Below are positions 1 through 8,352 of a DNA stretch of 64,000 bases, piece by piece. The stretch's first letter is position 1; each line of letters opens with the position of its first letter. The notes under the pieces are model-generated. The model was given only the letters and a program-made list of their open reading frames with translations. It did no database searches and had not been told where the DNA came from. Origin of the DNA: a virus (Duplodnaviria; Heunggongvirae; Uroviricota; Caudoviricetes); IMG/VR virus record IMGVR_UViG_3300032516_002776, positions 51,048 to 115,047 of that record; one strand, given 5' to 3'. The translations under genes and the position numbers were made by a program.

Positions 1-2
1 TT

Positions 3-1496
3 AGAGAATCAGATATATCATCTTATAAATATAGAATTATAAACTTAACAAATGAAAACACAGATTTGAATGCTCTTCCTGGATTAAAACAGATATGGGA
101 TGTGATTGATTTAAAAAATATACAACGCCTGTCTACAACTCAAGATAGATTTGATATTGCGTGTAAAATTTCTGAAATCATATTAAACAATATTACTAAT
201 AATGCTATAGCATCGCCAACAAAACAAGATGAATCTGGTGGCGACGAATTATTAAAGCCATTCGATGATATCAGTGGAAACACCCCAATTCCAAACACTT
301 CTTCTCCGCTGCCTTCGACCACAGATGATACAAGCAAACCTTCTGATTTAAAACCATTATCTCCAGCAAAACGGGAGAAAGCAATAAAAGCATTAGAAAA
401 ACAAAAAGATTTTTTGAGTGGAAATGTAAAAAAGAAAAAACTTATAAAGAAAGATAAAAGGCTTTTAGATTTAATTGAAAAAAATAATATAACTATATCT
501 ATTGTTGGTAAAGATTACGATACCAGCGAAGCCTCAGATAAAGTTGGTGGAGTGGATTGCATTTTTGTAAAAAATCTTACAAAAGAATTAATTGCAGATG
601 ATACATTTCCATTATCAGACCATAATGTATTTAAGATAAAGACAGAAGAAGATACAGAAAATACTCTTGCGGTTAAGCGTGGCATCACGCTTGGAACATT
701 ATTGGGCAGCAAATTGCAGATACGAAACGAAGAGAATTACACTAAATTTTTACGGCGCACAACAGGAAAATTAGAAAAAAGAACTTTGTTTGAATTGGGG
801 TGGGATTCAGATTCAATCTTTTCTTCACACTATGTTGATAAATACAAGAATATTAACATTCATTTATCGGTAGATGCTAGTTCATCCATGCGCAATAAAA
901 AGTGGACAACTACAATGACTGCAGTTGTTGCTATTTGCAAAGCTGCATCAATGATAAATAATATTAATGTATCGGTGACTTTTAGAACAACGGCTATTGG
1001 TGGGCATTCTTCAAAAAGTCAATTACCATATGTTGTTTTAGCTTATGATTCTCAAAAAGATAAATTTACAAAAATAGTAAATTTATTTCCATGTTTAATA
1101 CCATCCGGATTTACACCAGAAGGTTTAGCCTTTGAAGCAATTATAGATAACATTCAAAATCCCGACCCTGACAGTTTGTATTATTTTATTAATTTTTCTG
1201 ATGGTGAACCATTTATGCATTATAGCGTTGGTGAGTTATATTATACGTACAGAGATGAAAAGGCCGCGGCTCATACTCACCGGCAAGTAACAAAGATTAA
1301 AAATAAAGGGTATGAAATACTTTCTTATTTTATAAAAGAGAAAAATTATGATTATGACCTATCTTCTGACAATGGTGATAAATTGGTAAGACAATTTAAA
1401 AAAATGTATGGAGAAAATGCAAGTTTTATAAATATTGAAAACGTTGTGGAAATCGCTAAATCTTTAAATATAATGTTTTTAAAAAAGGCTTTATAA
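3..1496 (+). CDS. vWA-domain protein, CobT-like; N-terminus probably outside window
   Basis: The frame is open from nt 3 with no upstream stop, so the gene is probably 5'-truncated. The track start at 66 is a TTG. It has a MIDAS motif D-x-S-x-S (VDASSSM) plus a downstream FSDGEP motif, both typical of von Willebrand A domains. The size and architecture resemble phage CobT-like partners of CobS/MoxR ATPases. Confidence 0.5.
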   Translation, partial: RESDISSYKYRIINLTNENTDLNALPGLKQIWDVIDLKNIQRLSTTQDRFDIACKISEIILNNITNNAIASPTKQDESGGDELLKPFDDISGNTPIPNTSSPLPSTTDDTSKPSDLKPLSPAKREKAIKALEKQKDFLSGNVKKKKLIKKDKRLLDLIEKNNITISIVGKDYDTSEASDKVGGVDCIFVKNLTKELIADDTFPLSDHNVFKIKTEEDTENTLAVKRGITLGTLLGSKLQIRNEENYTKFLRRTTGKLEKRTLFELGWDSDSIFSSHYVDKYKNINIHLSVDASSSMRNKKWTTTMTAVVAICKAASMINNINVSVTFRTTAIGGHSSKSQLPYVVLAYDSQKDKFTKIVNLFPCLIPSGFTPEGLAFEAIIDNIQNPDPDSLYYFINFSDGEPFMHYSVGELYYTYRDEKAAAHTHRQVTKIKNKGYEILSYFIKEKNYDYDLSSDNGDKLVRQFKKMYGENASFINIENVVEIAKSLNIMFLKKAL

Positions 1497-1504
1497 GTAT
1501 TGTG

Positions 1505-1533
1505 TTGACAAAAGTATTGTTTCATAGTATCTT
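1505..1533 (+). promoter_or_regulatory. sigma70-like promoter (TTGACA-N17-TATCTT)
   Basis: Perfect -35, weaker -10. It lies upstream of 1558. Confidence 0.35.
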
Positions 1534-1557
1534 ATAAGAAAGGAAGATAGTATATAG

Positions 1558-1941
1558 ATGAATACAAAAAAGACAAATAGAAAAAATAAGACAAACTTGA
1601 CGGTTAAGTGGCCATCAAGCCATTTTACAATTGACGCACTCAGTAAGTTAAATCCTGAGTTTGTTAATATTACACTCCGCGTGAGATTGAATAACGCCAT
1701 TGAAGCAAAACAAGTGACTTCAATTGGTACATTCCACGTTGGTAAAGGCCGGCCAAAGTTGATATTTGCTAACCTGCCAGTAAGTGAAGCCATTATTAAA
1801 GATGCGCGGACTTCTGGAGTAATGCTTAACGAAGCATATAATTCGGTGGATGTTACAACGGTAACAACTCCAACAAATAATGCACCGACAAAGGTAGTAA
1901 CGACAACCGTAACACCGGTTAAAACTGCCGTAAAGGTTTAA
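1558..1941 (+). CDS. hypothetical protein, Thr/Val-rich C-terminus
   Basis: ATG with an AGGAAG RBS about 8 nt upstream and a TTGACA box at 1505-1510. A strong hairpin terminator follows directly. The 127-aa ORF has a TTPTNNAPTKVVTTTVTPVKT tail. Confidence 0.5.
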   Translation: MNTKKTNRKNKTNLTVKWPSSHFTIDALSKLNPEFVNITLRVRLNNAIEAKQVTSIGTFHVGKGRPKLIFANLPVSEAIIKDARTSGVMLNEAYNSVDVTTVTTPTNNAPTKVVTTTVTPVKTAVKV

Positions 1942-1957
1942 TACCACGGGAAATGAT

Positions 1958-1990
1958 GTGTGCTGAGCGCCCCCAGCACACAATATTTTT
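1958..1990 (+). terminator. rho-independent terminator
   Basis: GTGTGCTG-agcgcccc-CAGCACAC forms a perfect 8-bp stem, followed by AATATTTTTAT. Confidence 0.65.
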
Positions 1991-2257
1991 ATGAAAGAAA
2001 TAGCTAAAAAAATAGTTTTGCATTTACAAAAAGGACAGATTCAAACTCCGTCCATATTATACACTTCCTCCGAAGATTTTTTAGATTTTAAAGAACCCGA
2101 AAAAGTCATTGGAGATAATGTTGAACGGCGAGGTAGAACAAAACTTACAAATCAAGCAAATGCGGATATTTACGAAGTGTGGCAGATTTTAAATTCCTCA
2201 AAATCGAAAAATAAATTGATAATGGAATTCAAACTAATTTATCGCTCCACAAAATAA
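1991..2257 (+). CDS. hypothetical protein
   Basis: ATG ORF of 88 aa immediately after the terminator. Its stop sits 2 nt before the next start. Confidence 0.4.
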   Translation: MKEIAKKIVLHLQKGQIQTPSILYTSSEDFLDFKEPEKVIGDNVERRGRTKLTNQANADIYEVWQILNSSKSKNKLIMEFKLIYRSTK

Positions 2258-2259
2258 TC

Positions 2260-3435
2260 ATGAATATATCATCTAATCAATTCTTTGATGTGATTGATTT
2301 TGATTACGAAAAAGAGAAAAAAAAGTTTGTTGAACACATGTCCTACTTGAAAAAGATGGATGTGTTTGAACAAACTTTTTACAAAAAATGGGTAGAGGTA
2401 AGAGCTTATAAAAAATTCATTGGAAAGTTATCTACTGTTAAAGCAAAGATATGGATGCCTTCTGATATTAATGATGAACAGCAAACTATACAAGAAATAC
2501 AAAATTTAAATCCAATTATTAAATTGGTGGATGATTCCGAAGAAGAAGATTGGTTGATATTGAGACTCTTTGGACACACCATGGAATTTTCTCAAACCCC
2601 CGGCCGCTTTCTAAAGTTTCTAATTACTAGTGATGATAAATATTTAGGTGTGGTATCAATTTCCAGCGATGTTATTTGCATTCAAGATAGGGACAAATAT
2701 CTTGGTTGGACATCTGTAAATAAATTAAAAGGGAATAAAAAGATTAACAATAGTGCAATTGGAAGTTGTATTATGAGCACGCAACCATTTGGATATAATT
2801 TTCTCGGGGGCAAATTGATAGCTTGTTTAATAACCACCGATGTTATTCGAGACAAGTGGAAAGAATTATATGGCAATGTATTGGCCGGAATGACTACAAC
2901 TAGCTTATATGGAAGTTATAGTATGTATAATAGTTTAAAGTGGTGGCATAAATGCGGTTCAAGCGCTGGAAAGGTTGCTTTAAAGCCAGATGATAATTAT
3001 TATAAGATATGGCATGACTATATTAAGATACACCACAAAGTAAAATACGATAAGATGATGACACAAAAAGAAGGGGTGTCAGGGCCGGTTACCGCCGCGA
3101 AGCAACGGGCGTTAGGTGTTATTTTTTCAGAATTGGGGATGAAGCAGAAAGATTTTATTCATGGCTTTTTAAGGGGGACATATTATTCTTGTTTTTATGA
3201 GAATACCAAAGATTTTTTATGCGATAAAATCACAGAGGATAAATTGAAGTTAAAGCCTTTATTTGCTGGTGGTAAGAACGAAATATTAAATTGGTGGAAA
3301 CCAAAAGCAATTGAACGCTATATCAATTTAAAGAAGCAAAATCAGTTAAAGTCTGATATTCTATTTTATGATAAAATGATTGACCTTAACTATGAAGATG
3401 CAAAGACAATGTATTTAGGTGATGTTGGACGGTAA
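2260..3435 (+). CDS. hypothetical protein, family A (paralog of 8345..9088)
   Basis: 391 aa. It shares a conserved core with the 8345..9088 product: KYLGVVSISSDVI...DKYLGWTSVNKL..NNSAIGSC versus NLIGAVGISSAVI...DKYIGWDSKTKM..NNSRFCL. This may be a GNAT-like acyltransferase core, but the family is not recognised with certainty. Confidence 0.5.
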   Translation: MNISSNQFFDVIDFDYEKEKKKFVEHMSYLKKMDVFEQTFYKKWVEVRAYKKFIGKLSTVKAKIWMPSDINDEQQTIQEIQNLNPIIKLVDDSEEEDWLILRLFGHTMEFSQTPGRFLKFLITSDDKYLGVVSISSDVICIQDRDKYLGWTSVNKLKGNKKINNSAIGSCIMSTQPFGYNFLGGKLIACLITTDVIRDKWKELYGNVLAGMTTTSLYGSYSMYNSLKWWHKCGSSAGKVALKPDDNYYKIWHDYIKIHHKVKYDKMMTQKEGVSGPVTAAKQRALGVIFSELGMKQKDFIHGFLRGTYYSCFYENTKDFLCDKITEDKLKLKPLFAGGKNEILNWWKPKAIERYINLKKQNQLKSDILFYDKMIDLNYEDAKTMYLGDVGR

Positions 3436-3451
3436 TTAAGAAATTATTCTT

Positions 3452-3467
3452 ATATAAATAGTTGACA
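3452..3467 (+). promoter_or_regulatory. T4 late-promoter-like TATAAATA box overlapping a TTGACA
   Basis: TATAAATA at 3452-3459 and TTGACA at 3462-3467, about 35 nt upstream of the QueC-like ATG. Confidence 0.3.
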
Positions 3468-3498
3468 ATTTCATTCAAGTTTGTTATTTTTATATGAT

Positions 3499-4239
3499 AT
3501 GAATAACAAAGTTTTACTTGTGTGGTCTGGTGGTTGTGATTCAACATTATCCTTATTACGACTGCTCAAAGAAAAAAAGCGTGTTCGAACTATATCAGTT
3601 ATTCATCCACAAATTTATGCCGTCGCTGAAAATGCTGCAGCCCGTCTTGCTATTCATCGAAGATTGTTTGAAATGGGACATATTCTTGACCATGTTGGTG
3701 AAGTTGTAATTACTACGCCAACCAGACGACACATTGATATTGATGGAGCAAATAATGGTGGATTAATACAGCCAAACATTTGGTTGGGCATAGCCGCCTC
3801 TTATTTAGAGCAGGATGAAGATTTAGCATTCGGTTATATGCGCACCGACGATTTCTGGCATTATAAGACAGAATTTAATGTTGCGTTTAAACATTTTACA
3901 AAAATACTTGCAAAAGAATCCAGTGAATTAATATTTCCGCTTGAATGGAAAAATAAAGCAGAAATTATAAAAGAATTACTTGACAATGATTTGTTGAAGT
4001 ATTGTTGGACATGCGAAACTCCAACACTATATGGATTTAGTTGTGGGAATTGTACTCCATGTAAACATATGATAGATGCGTGTAAAGAAATAAATATAGA
4101 ATTTCCTTTTCATTTACAAGAAGTAAAAATTGATAAAATAATAGAAGATTCTAAGTTGGTGGAAATAATGACAATTTCCGAATCCGAAAAGGTGAAAGAG
4201 TCTGTTAATGTTCTACCATGTGTTAATGTGGCTGTGTAA
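3499..4239 (+). CDS. QueC-like PP-loop ATPase (7-cyano-7-deazaguanine synthase family)
   Basis: N-terminal SGGxDS PP-loop (LLVWSGGCDSTLS). The C-terminal block aligns with E. coli QueC: PLEWKNKAEI against PLMWIDKAET, CWTCETP against TLTCYNG, and the Zn motif CGNCTPC against CGHCAAC. The track start 3481 is TTG, so the first ATG at 3499 is used. A TATAAATA late-promoter-like box lies at 3452-3459 and a TTGACA at 3462. Confidence 0.6.
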   Translation: MNNKVLLVWSGGCDSTLSLLRLLKEKKRVRTISVIHPQIYAVAENAAARLAIHRRLFEMGHILDHVGEVVITTPTRRHIDIDGANNGGLIQPNIWLGIAASYLEQDEDLAFGYMRTDDFWHYKTEFNVAFKHFTKILAKESSELIFPLEWKNKAEIIKELLDNDLLKYCWTCETPTLYGFSCGNCTPCKHMIDACKEINIEFPFHLQEVKIDKIIEDSKLVEIMTISESEKVKESVNVLPCVNVAV

Positions 4240-4240
4240 T

Positions 4241-4636
4241 ATGCGGAATGTAAAATTTTTAATAGCAGAAGGTGGGGGTAAGGATAATTTATATACGAAG
4301 TCTGGAACAATTGTATCTAATGGTTATAATAGAATTGTTAAAGGGCAACGGGGAGCATATGTAGAATTTACGGATAGTCAAATACTTCTTAAATCATTTC
4401 ACATTCCAAAAAATCAATTGTATAGACTTACCGATTTAAGAATCTATTATATAGAAATGAGAAGCACCGACGCTTCCAATGCAAAACTTTATTATCAGAA
4501 AAAAACAGTCGCATATGCTGATTATAAGATTGGTATGTTTTATGTTTCCCCAAATGATTTATACTTAGAAGATAAACGATGTATTTTAGAAAAAATTACA
4601 AAAATCAACGAAAAAAACAGCGAATTCTTTGAATAG
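4241..4636 (+). CDS. hypothetical protein
   Basis: ORF in the track from 4208. The in-frame ATG at 4241, immediately after the QueC-like stop, is preferred as the start. Confidence 0.4.
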   Translation: MRNVKFLIAEGGGKDNLYTKSGTIVSNGYNRIVKGQRGAYVEFTDSQILLKSFHIPKNQLYRLTDLRIYYIEMRSTDASNAKLYYQKKTVAYADYKIGMFYVSPNDLYLEDKRCILEKITKINEKNSEFFE

Positions 4637-4755
4637 GGTCTTTCTATATAAACCTAATAAAGACGCATAGAATCGACTCCCAGAATTAATTAAAGGGGTT
4701 TATTTAAACCTTTAAGACCGCAGGAATATATTTAATATATAATAACCAATAAGAT

Positions 4756-4784
4756 ATTGACTAAAGGGTTGAAAACGCCTATAA
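4756..4784 (+). promoter_or_regulatory. sigma70-type promoter, perfect consensus TTGACT-N17-TATAAT
   Basis: TTGACT at 4756-4761, a 17-nt spacer, TATAAT at 4779-4784. It sits in a 200-bp intergenic gap upstream of the small gene 4835..5047, which has a strong RBS. Confidence 0.6.
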
Positions 4785-4834
4785 TACACAATGGATTCAG
4801 TAAAACGCTGGAAACAATAAAGGAAAAATAGTAT

Positions 4835-5047
4835 ATGGTTATTAAAACAAACAAAAACAATAGAACATACTTTGTGTATGATAAGAATGGTGGTATAGAG
4901 ACATTTATTTCTACGCCATTTGCAGGAGCAAAGAAGGCTACACGCTTGACAATTCGTGATGGCTACGAAAGGCTAGAATTGAATGGTCGTCAAGTCCGTT
5001 CACTGCGAGCCGTCTTGGATAAGGCCGAAGAGCTTTCTTGCAGCTAA
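4835..5047 (+). CDS. hypothetical small protein (70 aa)
   Basis: ATG preceded by AAAGGAAAAA. A consensus promoter lies upstream and a hairpin downstream, so this looks like a self-contained transcription unit. Confidence 0.5.
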   Translation: MVIKTNKNNRTYFVYDKNGGIETFISTPFAGAKKATRLTIRDGYERLELNGRQVRSLRAVLDKAEELSCS

Positions 5048-5062
5048 AAAACTTGGAAAAGG

Positions 5063-5100
5063 GAACGGAAGCAATAAAACTTCCGTTCTCTTCCAGATTA
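5063..5100 (+). terminator. putative hairpin terminator (weak U-tract)
   Basis: GAACGGAAG-caataaaa-CTTCCGTTC forms a perfect 9-bp stem just after the 4835..5047 stop. The trailing tract is tcttcc rather than a clean T-run. Confidence 0.35.
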
Positions 5101-5118
5101 TAAAACAAGAGCAAAATT

Positions 5119-5295
5119 TATGGGTAAAACATACAAAAGAAATTCAGACATTAATCATTTCGGCGGCCGAGCGATTAATACATTTAAAAAGTCGAAGAAA
5201 TTCAAGAAATTGAATAAGGTAAAGAAAAAAAATAAAAAGCCGGTAGTAGATATACCGCCGGTTATAACAGAACTAGATAATTATTTTGACTCATA
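5119..5295 (+). CDS. possible small basic protein (58 aa, Lys-rich); not in ORF track
   Basis: ATG at 5119. The product MGKTYKRNSDINHFGGRAINTFKKSKKFKKLNKVKKKNKKPVVDIPPV... is strongly basic. It falls below the 60-aa track cut-off and has only a weak RBS. Confidence 0.25.
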
Positions 5296-5597
5296 AAATT
5301 AAAATTCTATTAAGTCTTTTGTTTTCAATTATAATGACAATTATAGTTGTTATATTTCCAGCTATTCTTGGCTACATAGTTGGAATAATAGTATTTTTAT
5401 TTCTCTCTATGCGAATCGTGGTGAATGAAAACACCTTATACCAAAATAAAAACAATGAAGATACAGGTAAAAATATAAATACTTTAGATCATAACCATCT
5501 TGTGATACTATCTAGGCTAAACACAGTAGAAAAACAGATAAAGAAATTACAAGGTGATGAAAGCAAAGACAAACAACGCCTCAACCACAAAGGTTAA
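5286..5597 (+). CDS. hypothetical membrane protein
   Basis: The track start is TTG, and an in-frame ATG at 5334 is an alternative. The N-terminus has two hydrophobic helices (LLSLLFSIIMTIIVVIFPAILGYIVGIIVFLFL). Confidence 0.35.
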   Translation: MTHKIKILLSLLFSIIMTIIVVIFPAILGYIVGIIVFLFLSMRIVVNENTLYQNKNNEDTGKNINTLDHNHLVILSRLNTVEKQIKKLQGDESKDKQRLNHKG

Positions 5598-6036
5598 GGG
5601 ATTATTCGACCATATTAGCCATATCAGGCAGGGTAAATCACCTGATTACTTCGATAAACTTACCGACGATGAAAAGAAATCATTTAATCATTATATGATT
5701 TGTCGTGTATTAAGCATGGATAAATCTATTATTGAAGAAGTTTCTTTTATTAGCAAATATTTTAGTGTTATTGATAGTAAAAACTTTTATAAATTGTGTT
5801 GTGAAGTTGTTCCGTATAGTAAGGGATTCTTTCCTTATATAAAAAGAAAGGGAGAAAAGCTTAACAAAGAACTGCTTCAATTAATCGTCAAAAAATTCAA
5901 TGTCAGTCTGAATACTGCTACGGAATATTACTACTTATTATCCGACACCAAGCATGGCATGCATGAATTAAATGAAATTTGTAAGGGGTATGGGCATACC
6001 GAAAAAGAAATTAAGAAATTGATGGAATCCAAATGA
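5557..6036 (+). CDS. hypothetical protein
   Basis: The track start 5554 is GTG, so the adjacent ATG at 5557 is used. 159 aa. The 3' end overlaps the next start in an ATGA. Confidence 0.45.
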   Translation: MKAKTNNASTTKVKGLFDHISHIRQGKSPDYFDKLTDDEKKSFNHYMICRVLSMDKSIIEEVSFISKYFSVIDSKNFYKLCCEVVPYSKGFFPYIKRKGEKLNKELLQLIVKKFNVSLNTATEYYYLLSDTKHGMHELNEICKGYGHTEKEIKKLMESK

Positions 6037-6413
6037 ATAAAAATGAAGAAATAACAATTTCTTGTGTAAACAATCTTATTGAAGAATCTTTGAAGTTAAA
6101 GACTCAAGATTATAAGGTTGATTCTAAAATAATGTGGAATAGTTGGTCGCTATGGAAGAAATTGTTATATAGATCAATCCGTAGATTGTATTGTGCTGAA
6201 TTACAAATGTGGAATTTATATACACAAGAACTGGATAATGCTTTATATTGTGGCAATCACACAACAGAATATGTTGGCAACGCAAAAAATGCACACAGAA
6301 AATGGTGGTATCAAAACAATCCTAAATCCATATTGTTGTGCGATATACTTATTAAACCAATTAAGCCATTGGAATATATTAAAATGGATTTTGTAATCAA
6401 AGGTAAAAAATGA
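6033..6413 (+). CDS. hypothetical protein
   Basis: 126-aa ORF joined to both neighbours by ATGA start/stop overlaps. Confidence 0.45.
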   Translation: MNKNEEITISCVNNLIEESLKLKTQDYKVDSKIMWNSWSLWKKLLYRSIRRLYCAELQMWNLYTQELDNALYCGNHTTEYVGNAKNAHRKWWYQNNPKSILLCDILIKPIKPLEYIKMDFVIKGKK

Positions 6414-7039
6414 ATAAAACAATCATTGGCATATCAGGATTGGCTAGAGCTGGGAAGAATTTATTTGCGGATGTTGCGATTGATATTTTAAAGAAGAAAA
6501 ATATAACCGCAAAGACTTTTGCTCTTGCGTATTATCTTAAAGAGGATTGCGCAGATTTCATTAAAACATATTTGGATTTAAGTGTTTATTCAGAAAAGAA
6601 TGAAGAGAAAGAAATATTTAGACCTCTTTTAGTTTGGTATGGCGATGTTAAGAGAAAACAAACGAAAGGCAGATATTGGATTGAAGCGTTACAAAAGGAT
6701 TTAGAGGCTTCTAAAGCTTCTGTGAATATAATAACTGATATTCGTTATACGACATATGAGCGGGATGAATGTTATTGGTTGCAAAAAGAATTGGGTGGGA
6801 AGCTAGTGCATATTGCTAAATATAATATAGATTCGGGCGGTAACAAAATCTTTGATTTACCGCCGAATGAGCATGAAGAATTTAATGACCCTATATTACA
6901 GAAGTCTGGTGATATTAAAATAGAGTGGGAAGCTATCGGTTATAAATGTAATAATAGCTATATCTGTATGTTGAATGATTCAACCATAAAAGCTGCTGTA
7001 AATGATTCTTTGCTTAAATGTGGCATTGAAGGGTTATAA
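6410..7039 (+). CDS. gp1: deoxynucleoside monophosphate kinase (T4 gp1-like P-loop kinase)
   Basis: The N-terminal Walker A IIGISGLARAGKN matches T4 gp1 LIFLSGVKRSGKD. The later ITDIRYTTYERDE block matches gp1 VPDTRQDHEMD. The length of 209 aa is compatible. Confidence 0.6.
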   Translation: MNKTIIGISGLARAGKNLFADVAIDILKKKNITAKTFALAYYLKEDCADFIKTYLDLSVYSEKNEEKEIFRPLLVWYGDVKRKQTKGRYWIEALQKDLEASKASVNIITDIRYTTYERDECYWLQKELGGKLVHIAKYNIDSGGNKIFDLPPNEHEEFNDPILQKSGDIKIEWEAIGYKCNNSYICMLNDSTIKAAVNDSLLKCGIEGL

Positions 7040-7069
7040 AATTATTATTTTAAATAAAGGAATTATAAT

Positions 7070-7345
7070 ATGAAAACAACCTATTTAGATTACTTAAATA
7101 AGCCAAATGGCAATCCAATTACCGAAATTGGCCAGCTATGCCGTAAGTGTAATACACCTGTCATAGAACAGGTGCATAAGCCAAATTGGAAGCCTAAGCC
7201 AAACCAATCATACTACTTTACAAAGTGGTTATATTGTAGTGGCTGCAAAACTGTTTATTATTTAGATAAATTTAGAGTATTTACTGATAGTAAACATGGT
7301 GATGCAGCGATTGAACGGCTTGAAATGATTGGCCATAAAGGTTAA
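7070..7345 (+). CDS. hypothetical Zn-ribbon protein
   Basis: 91 aa with two Cys pairs, CRKC...CSGC. Confidence 0.45.
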   Translation: MKTTYLDYLNKPNGNPITEIGQLCRKCNTPVIEQVHKPNWKPKPNQSYYFTKWLYCSGCKTVYYLDKFRVFTDSKHGDAAIERLEMIGHKG

Positions 7346-7355
7346 AAGGAATAAT

Positions 7356-7652
7356 ATGAAAATACGCACAGGATTTGTAAGCAATAGTAGTAGCTGTAGT
7401 TTTGTCATTAACAAGGATTGTATTACGGGTATGCAGCGTGATAAAATTTATGATTATTACAATTTTGGTGTAGTCATTGGTCATATTATTCCAGATGATA
7501 TTAGGCCTGAGTGGGAATCTTCATATCGTAATTGGAGTATTCATGAAACTCCTGGCGCTATTAAAGGATTCTCTGTCATTGATAATTTTGATATGCCATC
7601 CTATTTAGATAAGATTGGTATTAATCGAAAAAATATTAAATTTGATGAATAA
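7356..7652 (+). CDS. hypothetical protein
   Basis: The track start 7329 is TTG. The ATG at 7356, with an AAAAGGA RBS directly after the upstream stop, is preferred. Confidence 0.4.
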   Translation: MKIRTGFVSNSSSCSFVINKDCITGMQRDKIYDYYNFGVVIGHIIPDDIRPEWESSYRNWSIHETPGAIKGFSVIDNFDMPSYLDKIGINRKNIKFDE

Positions 7653-8352
7653 TCTTTATATACAAAAGGCATCGAATAGTGAAGCTAAAGATTTAATTGT
7701 TAAAAACCACTACACGCATAAGTGGACTATCGCTGAACTTTGCCTTGGATTATATAAAAAGGAGTTTGTTGAAGGATTCTTTGATACCGATAAGTTATTA
7801 GGAGTAATTATTTTTGGTCCCACGGCCGGCGCAAATGTCGCAAAAAGCATTTCGCCCCTGTTAAATGCTAGCAATACATGGGAATTAAAACGACTTTGGG
7901 TTGATGATTGTCTTGGCAAAAATACGGAGTCATGGTTTATAAGTCAAGCTATTGATTACATTAAAAATTTTCATTCAAACATAAAGTGCATCATAAGTTA
8001 TGCTGACCCAGACGCTGGACACATAGGTACAATATATGCCGCTGCTAATTTCATTTATCAGAATATAGAACGGCCAAAAGGCACAAGTGGTTATGTAGTT
8101 AGTTTTGATGGTGGCAAAAAGTGGGTACATGGTCGAACATTATTTAATAAGTATGGGTCATTTGAATTTAATAAACTTGTGGCAGTATTACCGCGGCCAT
8201 TCTGGATAAAAGAATTATCAGTAAAAGAAAGATATGTTTATCCTCTTGGAAATAAGATAGAACGCAAGGAATTATTAAAGAGCATGAATTATAAATCCTT
8301 GCGGTATCCAAAAAAGAAATTAGATAAGGAAAAAATAACTGAATATGTCTAA
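7645..8352 (+). CDS. Mom-like (GNAT-fold) DNA-modification acyltransferase candidate, family B (paralog of 39434..40237)
   Basis: The track start 7615 is TTG, so the ATG at 7645 is used. It shares motifs with the 39434..40237 product: HY(S/T)...P, KLLGVIIFGP against KLVGVLTLGW, W.LKRL, and YAAANFIYQN against YQAANFLYGG. By recollection this resembles the phage Mu Mom family, but that is not verified. Confidence 0.4.
   Translation: MNNLYIQKASNSEAKDLIVKNHYTHKWTIAELCLGLYKKEFVEGFFDTDKLLGVIIFGPTAGANVAKSISPLLNASNTWELKRLWVDDCLGKNTESWFISQAIDYIKNFHSNIKCIISYADPDAGHIGTIYAAANFIYQNIERPKGTSGYVVSFDGGKKWVHGRTLFNKYGSFEFNKLVAVLPRPFWIKELSVKERYVYPLGNKIERKELLKSMNYKSLRYPKKKLDKEKITEYV

Noticed and set aside
140-1983. 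Track ORFs antisense to or nested inside longer genes: 140..337(-), 515..712(-), 1491..1793(-), 1720..1983(-).
   Set aside because: They overlap longer ORFs that carry recognisable motifs. They have no RBS and low-complexity translations. The last one lies across the terminator hairpin.
4637-4834. Possible tRNA or structured ncRNA in the 200-bp intergenic gap. T4-like phages often carry tRNAs.
   Set aside because: No cloverleaf could be drawn. There is no GGTTCGAATCC-type T-arm and no CCA/acceptor pairing. Only short imperfect inverted repeats are present. The gap is better explained by the consensus promoter.
2682-8000. Track ORFs 2682..2876(-), 3518..3709(+), 4110..4310(-), 4983..5213(+), 6193..6396(+), 7281..7484(-), 7710..7919(-).
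   Set aside because: Shadow ORFs inside or antisense to better-supported genes. 4983..5213 spans the promoter-gene-terminator unit in another frame.
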